Shown here: in pieces, positions 58,107-64,000 of the stretch
Numbering within the stretch: position 1 is the first letter of the stretch
How the letters are laid out: each line of letters begins with the position of its first letter
Virus record (IMG/VR): IMGVR_UViG_2693429820_000003
Strand: one strand, 5' to 3'
Origin: a virus
Taxonomy: Duplodnaviria; Caudoviricetes
Length of the DNA: 64,000 nt
Position numbers and translations under genes: made by a program
The notes under the pieces: generated by a model
What the model was told of the DNA's origin: nothing
The model's database searches: none
The model's input: the letters and a program-made list of their open reading frames with translations, nothing else

Positions 58107-58450
58107 TCATCCCGACATGGGCGAAGATTGCTGGTGCTTTCCTCGTCGTCGGCGGAATCTATTCCGCCGGCTGGCTGGGCGCGACGGAGCACTATGAAGT
58201 GCAGAGCCTGCGAAACAAGAACGCGGCCCTCACCAAACAGCTCAAGGACACCAACGAGATCAACGAGGCCGCCAGCAAAGAGCGCGAGAAGGCTCAGGCT
58301 GCGATGCGCCAACTTCAGGGGAAGATCGATGCGTTTAAAGCCACGCCTGGCCGCAACGACGCTATGTCTGCTGATACTGCTCGGCGGCTGCGCAACATCG
58401 CCAAAGATGCAAGTCGCGGCTACACCAAAGGAAGACGCGGAGCTTCGTAG
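58103..58450 (+). CDS. i-spanin (Rz-like)
   Basis: N-terminal TM plus coiled coil after endolysin. Confidence 0.7.
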   Translation: MIIPTWAKIAGAFLVVGGIYSAGWLGATEHYEVQSLRNKNAALTKQLKDTNEINEAASKEREKAQAAMRQLQGKIDAFKATPGRNDAMSADTARRLRNIAKDASRGYTKGRRGAS

Positions 58451-58598
58451 GCCAGTTCAAGCCCCGGTCCCGAAGAAAGGCAAGTCAGCGAGCAACTACG
58501 CCGCTGATACTCTCGGCGCTTTGGGAGAAGCCAACGCAAAGATTCAGCAGTGGACGAAATTCTACGATGACGTGCGTGAGAGGAACGACGACAAATGA
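58329..58598 (+). CDS. o-spanin lipoprotein (Rz1-like)
   Basis: Lipobox LGGC, starts inside the i-spanin gene. Confidence 0.75.
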   Translation: MRLKPRLAATTLCLLILLGGCATSPKMQVAATPKEDAELRRPVQAPVPKKGKSASNYAADTLGALGEANAKIQQWTKFYDDVRERNDDK

Positions 58599-58939
58599 CG
58601 CTCCTCGACCGCGTAGTTTACGGTATCAGCTCTCACTTTATGGAGCGTAGGGCGGAATGGGCTATGTCGGCTGCCCTGCTCTCCACCGACTTTATAGCGC
58701 TCGGCATCCTGCGTCTGCTCGCGCTGGTGATCAACGGCACCTTCGCTGACACCTGGTATGGTCGCTGGACGCACCACGTTCGAGGCTTCCTGGCTCTTTA
58801 CAGCCTTTATGTTTGGACGACGATCGACTCGAGGCTCCTCCTTCCGATCATCATCATAGAGTTCTCCAACCTGGCGCTGGCTTTTGGCGATTCAGGCGCC
58901 GCCGATCGGAGGTTCAAAAATGCAGCTGCCGAACATTGA
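58595..58939 (+). CDS. Membrane protein (holin candidate)
   Basis: Hydrophobic segments in lysis cassette. Confidence 0.5.
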   Translation: MTLLDRVVYGISSHFMERRAEWAMSAALLSTDFIALGILRLLALVINGTFADTWYGRWTHHVRGFLALYSLYVWTTIDSRLLLPIIIIEFSNLALAFGDSGAADRRFKNAAAEH

Positions 58940-59231
58940 CCCGGCCGCTGTAGAGAAACTTGCCCCTGGCTCGTCGATCTTCTTCTCAGCAGGTGTAGTC
59001 ATCGCCGGCATCGTGCTGGGTTTCGTGGCCTATTTCCAGAAGATGTTCGGCTCTCGCGCCGAATCCAACACCGACAGGCTCGAGAAGGGCATTGATCGCC
59101 TTTGTGATCTTCTGGAAAAGAAGATCGAAGTGGACGAGGAGACGGCAGCTACGCTGCGGGCGATGTTGGGGCAGATGAAGGACGAGGCCGCATATCAGCA
59201 CGGACTAGCTGCGGGGAAACGGCTTACCTGA
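58920..59231 (+). CDS. Single-TM coiled-coil protein (holin/antiholin candidate)
   Basis: GGAGG RBS, TM then coiled coil. Confidence 0.55.
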   Translation: MQLPNIDPAAVEKLAPGSSIFFSAGVVIAGIVLGFVAYFQKMFGSRAESNTDRLEKGIDRLCDLLEKKIEVDEETAATLRAMLGQMKDEAAYQHGLAAGKRLT

Positions 59232-59925
59232 ATTCGAGGTAGGGCCGACAACTCTGCATTATTCTTGGAAGGTCTGCCTGAATTTCCTTAACGAGGGCAG
59301 CTAGCGCCTCACGCCTGGCAACGAGCTTTTGGTCGGTATTTAGTATTTGGGCATCAATATTTGCTTTCTTCTCGTCCCGCTCGGCCCTTGAAGCGGCGGT
59401 TTCAATTCCCCCTCCTATTTTAAAGTTTTGCTCTAACTCTAAGGCCGTCAATCTCATCCTGTAGCTATTTAAATCCTTCTCGTAGCTCATAATCATCTGA
59501 CCATCGCTAACCACTTTTGATGCTCTCTCCGCGTTAATTTCCCATAGCTCCTTCAGATGTGGGAACAGAAACGAACCCATCGTCACTCCATCCGAGAACG
59601 GTTTAAATTTATCGGTCCAATTGGGATCGTCTTTGATTAGACTTTCAATCTGATAGAGGAAATCAACAACTGTATGATAGACATTGAAGCGGTCTTCGAA
59701 CAGGTCGTGTCGAAACTTCTCGGTATTAATTTCGACCTGCCGTTGGGCTATATCTCGCTGAGCCTTCGAGAAAGTGTACGTTATTTTCGCCGCCACTGAC
59801 GCAGCGGTGACTGTGGCCACAGGACCCGCGAAGTCTTTGAAAAGATCGCGCCACCCAACGCTCCAAATTACATGCCCAAAGTCAGCAGCGGCCTGCGCAA
59901 ATGGTCCTACCGTCCCCAACCCCAT
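59224..59925 (-). CDS. AT-rich moron-like membrane-anchored coiled-coil protein
   Basis: Lower GC than flanks; hydrophobic N-terminal region. Confidence 0.6.
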   Translation of the reverse strand: MGLGTVGPFAQAAADFGHVIWSVGWRDLFKDFAGPVATVTAASVAAKITYTFSKAQRDIAQRQVEINTEKFRHDLFEDRFNVYHTVVDFLYQIESLIKDDPNWTDKFKPFSDGVTMGSFLFPHLKELWEINAERASKVVSDGQMIMSYEKDLNSYRMRLTALELEQNFKIGGGIETAASRAERDEKKANIDAQILNTDQKLVARREALAALVKEIQADLPRIMQSCRPYLEFR

Positions 59926-59934
59926 CGTCAGCCC

Positions 59935-60846
59935 CTAAAATTCCCGCCGAACTTTCCTCGCCGGCTTATCGTCTCGCAACCCCACGAAACTTGAATGTCT
60001 CAACACGCCGCCCTTCTCCCAGCTCATGAAGGTCACTTCAGCAACGAGCTTCGGCTCGACGCGACGTATACCTTTCTTGCCCCTGCTGGGAAACAGTGGC
60101 GTCTCCTCGATTTCCAATGGCTTCAGCTTCTTCAGGATCGCAACCAGGTCCTTGTCCGTGAAGCCTGTCCCCACCCGGCCGGCATCCTTCAGCTCTTTAC
60201 CGTCGTAATAGCCAAGCAGCAGAGCGCCAAACCCAGGACGCGAACCTTCTGGCTCAGTCCACCCGGTGATGACGAACTCCTGGCGCTTAAGGCACTTCGC
60301 CTTGACCCATACCCCACGGTTGCCCGGCATGTATTGAGCATCGATACGCTTCGAGACCATACCTTCGAGGTGCATGCCACAGACTGCCTGGAAGAAGAAC
60401 CCAGCTCGTTCTGTAGAATGATCGTGGTACTGGAAGCCACTCTTCCTCGGCACCAGCGGTTTGAGCAGCGCTTTCCGTTCACCGAGGGAGAACTTCATCA
60501 GATCTCGGCTGTCGAGATGCAACAAGTCGAAGGCATAGAACATAAGCGGTAGCTTCTTCTCGTGCGCCTGTTGCGTCAGAGCGAAGCTCGGGAGCCCGTC
60601 CTTGTTCAGGGCAGCCATCTCACCGTCGATGTATGCTGACTTAACCTTGAGCCTCGATGCTGCTTTCGCAAGGGACGGATACCGGTCTGTCCAGTCGAGG
60701 CCACTGCGGGTTAGAAGGCGAACCCGCCCGTCTTCGATCAGAACGGCGATACGATAGCCATCAATCTTGATCTCGTGGACCCAACCCTCACCTTCGGGAG
60801 GGTGTTCAACAAGCTTCACCAGCTGTGGTTCGACCCATTTGATCAT
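59935..60846 (-). CDS. ATP-dependent DNA ligase (LigD ligase-domain type)
   Basis: EIKIDGYR, IDGE, AFDLL, EGMVSKR, WVKAK, GRVGTGF, LRHSSF.GLR.DK. Confidence 0.93.
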   Translation of the reverse strand: MIKWVEPQLVKLVEHPPEGEGWVHEIKIDGYRIAVLIEDGRVRLLTRSGLDWTDRYPSLAKAASRLKVKSAYIDGEMAALNKDGLPSFALTQQAHEKKLPLMFYAFDLLHLDSRDLMKFSLGERKALLKPLVPRKSGFQYHDHSTERAGFFFQAVCGMHLEGMVSKRIDAQYMPGNRGVWVKAKCLKRQEFVITGWTEPEGSRPGFGALLLGYYDGKELKDAGRVGTGFTDKDLVAILKKLKPLEIEETPLFPSRGKKGIRRVEPKLVAEVTFMSWEKGGVLRHSSFVGLRDDKPARKVRREF

Positions 60847-61196
60847 TCGAAAAGGTCCGGTTTTCCCCTTATCCGTAGGGTACGCCCCCGATTGTCTTTC
60901 GAGAAACGGGAATGGTCCTCGACCAAATCGATCGTGTCTGGCCGCTTCTTGCACTCAACATCGGAGCAGATCAGGCGCTCGACAACACCAGAGATCCGCG
61001 TGTTCCACCCGTACCGAGCGGCGAACGCACGAAGTGGGAGAGAAGCCGACCGGCCGCACTCGCAGTGGACCCATATCCAATAGGCGCTCAGATCAATCAA
61101 CGTCTGCTCGCTCACCCGCTCCGGAAACTCGACCTCTCGATGGTCCCGGTACGGTGGCAGAGGAAACGGATAACGCTGTTCCTTACGGCCGGCCAT
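60843..61196 (-). CDS. Small Zn-ribbon-like protein
   Basis: VHCECGR...LICSDVEC. Confidence 0.65.
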   Translation of the reverse strand: MAGRKEQRYPFPLPPYRDHREVEFPERVSEQTLIDLSAYWIWVHCECGRSASLPLRAFAARYGWNTRISGVVERLICSDVECKKRPDTIDLVEDHSRFSKDNRGRTLRIRGKPDLFE

Positions 61197-61605
61197 TTTT
61201 GATCGTGTGGTTCTTGAATAGCTGGGCACCACAGCTCAACGACAGTGCCGTCGTTGTTCGAGGCACTTCCTTCTCGTAGACCTCGACGAAGACGTCAAAC
61301 GCGGCCCGAGCTGCTTTGGCATCCTTCAGCTGGCCAATAATCTCAACCACTCCGCCCCGGTCTCCGCCCCAGGGCCACCGCTGGATTTTGAAGTGCATCC
61401 CGTTGAACGGGTCTTCACGGGTCAGCTTCATGTAGTAGTGCTGCAGAGCGTATGTAGCGTAACGCACTGATTCAACACTTAGACGAGCTTCTTTGCCCTC
61501 GTTCATCCGGCCCCACAGCTTGAACATGAGGGCCTGGACCAACTCCAGGTCATTGATGATGTCGCCGGGTGAGAACTCGTCTGCCATGGCGGATATGGAT
61601 TCCAC
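61183..61605 (-). CDS. Hypothetical protein, first gene after LexA box
   Basis: 140-aa ORF overlapping the next gene. Confidence 0.6.
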   Translation of the reverse strand: MESISAMADEFSPGDIINDLELVQALMFKLWGRMNEGKEARLSVESVRYATYALQHYYMKLTREDPFNGMHFKIQRWPWGGDRGGVVEIIGQLKDAKAARAAFDVFVEVYEKEVPRTTTALSLSCGAQLFKNHTIKNGRP

Positions 61606-61624
61606 CGGCAGGCCTGGCTGTCAA

Positions 61625-61639
61625 GAACGAAGCGAGAAC
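61625..61639. promoter_or_regulatory. Alphaproteobacterial LexA (SOS) box
   Basis: GAAC-GAAGCGA-GAAC (GAAC-N7-GAAC), ~20 bp upstream of the ligase operon. Confidence 0.75.
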
Positions 61640-61642
61640 AAA

Positions 61643-61822
61643 TCACGTTCGCCTCCGCCCCAGGAGGGTGATGAGAGCCCCTGCCCCGAGGGTGAAGGCT
61701 GTTAAAACTGCATGGAAAAGGGTGGTGGCGAGGTGGGGATTGAGCAGCGCCAGGACAAAGGCGATGGTCACGCAGACGAGGGTCAGCGCGAGCCCACAAA
61801 GGATAATAAGACGAGTGTTCAT
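61643..61822 (-). CDS. Small two-TM membrane protein
   Basis: MNTRLIILCGLALTLV...LLGRRRT. Confidence 0.55.
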   Translation of the reverse strand: MNTRLIILCGLALTLVCVTIAFVLALLNPHLATTLFHAVLTAFTLGAGALITLLGRRRT

Positions 61823-62022
61823 TACAGTCTCTCGGATCATTATCGATCGAGAGACACTTTCGCGCGCGAGAGGGCTCTCGACCGTGAGGTCGATAAAACC
61901 CTCAATCGCGCTAACCACTAGGTTTCGGGGGAAACCTAAGCTCGACTGAGAAGCAACCTAGATTACTTCGACCCCTATGACCCTGACCCTTTCGGGCTCA
62001 CGTCGGGGCGTTCCGTGGATAA

Positions 62023-62037
62023 GAACGAGTGACGAAC
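62023..62037. promoter_or_regulatory. Second LexA-type box
   Basis: GAAC-GAGTGAC-GAAC, intergenic. Confidence 0.55.
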
Positions 62038-62066
62038 GTTGATTCTAGCCCGATTCGCGCGCTCAC

Positions 62067-62435
62067 TCAAGAGTACCCGTCCACAAGCGCCTTCTGCAGC
62101 CGGGCGACCAGTCTTTCTGCGTCCTCTTTGCTCCACACGGCAAAGAGCTGTGCCTCATCAAACAGAGCGTCACGGTTGTCGCTCTCATAGTCCATTGGGG
62201 GAGTTTCCACCCCCAACAGCGCCTGGTCGGTCGCAGCCATCCACATATCGGTATCGCTGCACTCATCAAACCAAGGGAAGAGATCTTGCACGACAAAATC
62301 GTCGGCAACTGTCTCCCCTTTGATCACGACCTCACCGTGCATGTAGTCGACATAGCCCGGCCGCTGGGCAGCGAACTTGGCAAAGATCGTCCCTGCAGGC
62401 AGACTAAGAAACGTTTTCCGATCAACGATCCTCAT
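62067..62435 (-). CDS. Hypothetical phage protein
   Basis: MRIVDRKTFLSLPAGTIFAK; coupled ORF. Confidence 0.65.
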   Translation of the reverse strand: MRIVDRKTFLSLPAGTIFAKFAAQRPGYVDYMHGEVVIKGETVADDFVVQDLFPWFDECSDTDMWMAATDQALLGVETPPMDYESDNRDALFDEAQLFAVWSKEDAERLVARLQKALVDGYS

Positions 62436-63087
62436 GCATGTCCGCCCTTTCCAGAGCCGCCTTCTCCGTGAAGACCGCGTTTGGGAATCGCTTCTTCAGC
62501 TTTTCCATATTACCCCGTGTCACCCGCGTGATGCCACCCTGGGCATTGCAGAGGAGCTGGAGATACCAAAGAAGGTCGCCAGTCTCGAGCAGCAACTCGT
62601 TCTCGTCGATCTCCTTCTGGTTATAGAGCGCCGTCGACAAGAGTTCCCCCAGCTCGGCTGCTTCGGTACAGACGCCAATAATGCCGTGGAGAATGTCGAG
62701 GTCCACAACGTCGAAGCGAACCCCAGGCTCGTCGAACTTCATAGACTCGACCTCAGCCCCGTTTTCGGTGTCTCGCCCATAGAAGAGTGCCTTCTTAACA
62801 CTATCGAGATTTCTTCCCTCTCGGGCGAAGTCATCGAAGGTCCAGGCGAGCAGCGTGGGATGAGACAGCTCCTCATGGAACTTCTCGTACTTCGCCAACG
62901 GTCTCACGAAATCGGCATAGTTCTCGCCGTCAACGTTGATGTCAGTCGAGATCGGATACTGACGACTGAGCCGCAGCGCCCCCTCGGGCAAGGAAACCAT
63001 GATCTGGTTCCCCTTCTCGTCAAGGACACGTTGAAGCTCGGCCATCTTCCCAGTCTGCTGTGCCTTCATCACGACAACCTCTTCCAT
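62422..63087 (-). CDS. MazG-like NTP pyrophosphohydrolase
   Basis: LHGIIGVCTEAAEL..ETGDLLWY..NMEKLKKRFP. Confidence 0.8.
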   Translation of the reverse strand: MEEVVVMKAQQTGKMAELQRVLDEKGNQIMVSLPEGALRLSRQYPISTDINVDGENYADFVRPLAKYEKFHEELSHPTLLAWTFDDFAREGRNLDSVKKALFYGRDTENGAEVESMKFDEPGVRFDVVDLDILHGIIGVCTEAAELGELLSTALYNQKEIDENELLLETGDLLWYLQLLCNAQGGITRVTRGNMEKLKKRFPNAVFTEKAALERADMHEDR

Positions 63088-63587
63088 CACTTCGCCCTCT
63101 TTTTCGGTTTCCGCTTCACAACCTTGATGTCGTCCAGACGCAGAACGTTGACTGGTCCGCCGCTGTTTTGATCGACCAGAATGGCGATCTCGACTGCCTT
63201 CGCTGCGTCGGCGCCCATATGCATGGCAGCCGTGGCTGCCATGGCTCCTGATCCTCCGGCCCAATACGGACCTGCAGCTGGCCACCAGCCGCCTTCCTCA
63301 ATGCAGAAGACGCGGCCATCTTTGCAGACGACGAAGATCGAACTGTCTGCCATGCTCGGCAGCTTCGAAGCATCCCACTTGTCGGGGTCGTCCCAGGGCA
63401 GCTTCCGCATACGATCCAGCTTCTGAGCTGCAGCGTAGACGTTGCTGATGGTTCCCATGACCGCATAGATCACGGGGTGTTTTGTGCTGATCCAGGCCTT
63501 CTTGATGGAGTTGGGGACGATACCGTCCCCACTCGTGATCCGGGAATCGAAGGCCACTACCCCGTCTCTGACGGCGAGAGTGGTCAA
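63087..63587 (-). CDS. Proteasome-beta/HslV-like Ntn hydrolase
   Basis: N-terminal TT, DSRIT, K, AGGSG..A..AM..GADA.KAVEIA..D..SGG. Confidence 0.75.
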   Translation of the reverse strand: MTTLAVRDGVVAFDSRITSGDGIVPNSIKKAWISTKHPVIYAVMGTISNVYAAAQKLDRMRKLPWDDPDKWDASKLPSMADSSIFVVCKDGRVFCIEEGGWWPAAGPYWAGGSGAMAATAAMHMGADAAKAVEIAILVDQNSGGPVNVLRLDDIKVVKRKPKKRAK

Positions 63588-64000
63588 GCGCCACCTCCCT
63601 CATCGAGAGCCCACGGGCCGGGGTCGAGCTTGTAGTTGGGGTCCACAAACCAGTCTTCGGGGCTCGGTTTTGGAATCGGGAAAGCTCCCGTCCGCATGAC
63701 GTACTGCCTCAGTTTGTCGAGCGTCACATGAGGCTGATCCAACTTCTCAAGGCGATCCTCTTCCATCAGCTCCCAGATCGTCTTGCTATCCGCCGGCAGC
63801 TTGATCTCTTCCTCACCCGGCTTCGCCGGCGGGGAATTAAACCGCAACTGCTTCCGCTCGCCTTCGTGTTTCCAGCGGTCATCCTCACCCAGATCGGCAT
63901 CAAAATGCTCGATCAGGAAGGCGATGTTGCAGCCTATGACTGACAACATCGGCAGCCCGCTCTCTTCGTCGTAGTCCTTACCCTCTTTGAAGTCTGTAAG
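63584..64000 (-). CDS. DUF5664-like dATP/dGTP diphosphohydrolase, 5' end beyond window
   Basis: Frame open to window edge: FKEGKDYDEESGLPMLSVIGCNIAFL. Confidence 0.6.
   Translation of the reverse strand, partial: LTDFKEGKDYDEESGLPMLSVIGCNIAFLIEHFDADLGEDDRWKHEGERKQLRFNSPPAKPGEEEIKLPADSKTIWELMEEDRLEKLDQPHVTLDKLRQYVMRTGAFPIPKPSPEDWFVDPNYKLDPGPWALDEGGGA

Larger units (their letters stand above)
2400..64000. mobile_element. Integrated siphovirus-type prophage, continues beyond window; left boundary approximate
   Basis: Integrase next to host genes, followed by replication, packaging, head, tail and lysis modules; attR not in window so att core cannot be defined. Confidence 0.93.

Overview
The first ~2.3 kb is alphaproteobacterial (Rhizobiales-like, GC-rich) host DNA: an isochorismatase-family hydrolase and a Pro-rich membrane protein. 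From ~2.4 kb to the window end is a large integrated siphovirus-type prophage (>61 kb, right end not in the window). Its left arm (minus strand) carries the integrase and excisionase, rIIA/rIIB homologues, many small early genes, an HNH-like gene, an AT-rich tract and a primase-helicase. The plus strand carries a GpA-type terminase, portal, an oddly placed fibre cassette, capsid, a lambda-like tail and lysis genes. The right part (minus strand) has a LexA-box-preceded ATP-dependent ligase cassette, a MazG-like gene, a proteasome-beta-like gene and a truncated DUF5664-like gene. The most striking feature is a ~5.8 kb early-gene island (15.65-21.41 kb) with nine diverged, mostly translationally coupled paralogues of one small Cys-motif protein (DUF6197-like) and two further duplicated Cys-motif families. 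Other signals seen directly: a palindrome repeated just upstream of three early genes, a 16-bp motif shared by two late-gene intergenic regions, a CtrA-type box upstream of xis-int, two LexA boxes and a -1 frameshift site in the tail chaperone. All product calls come from motif recognition by eye; no searches were run.
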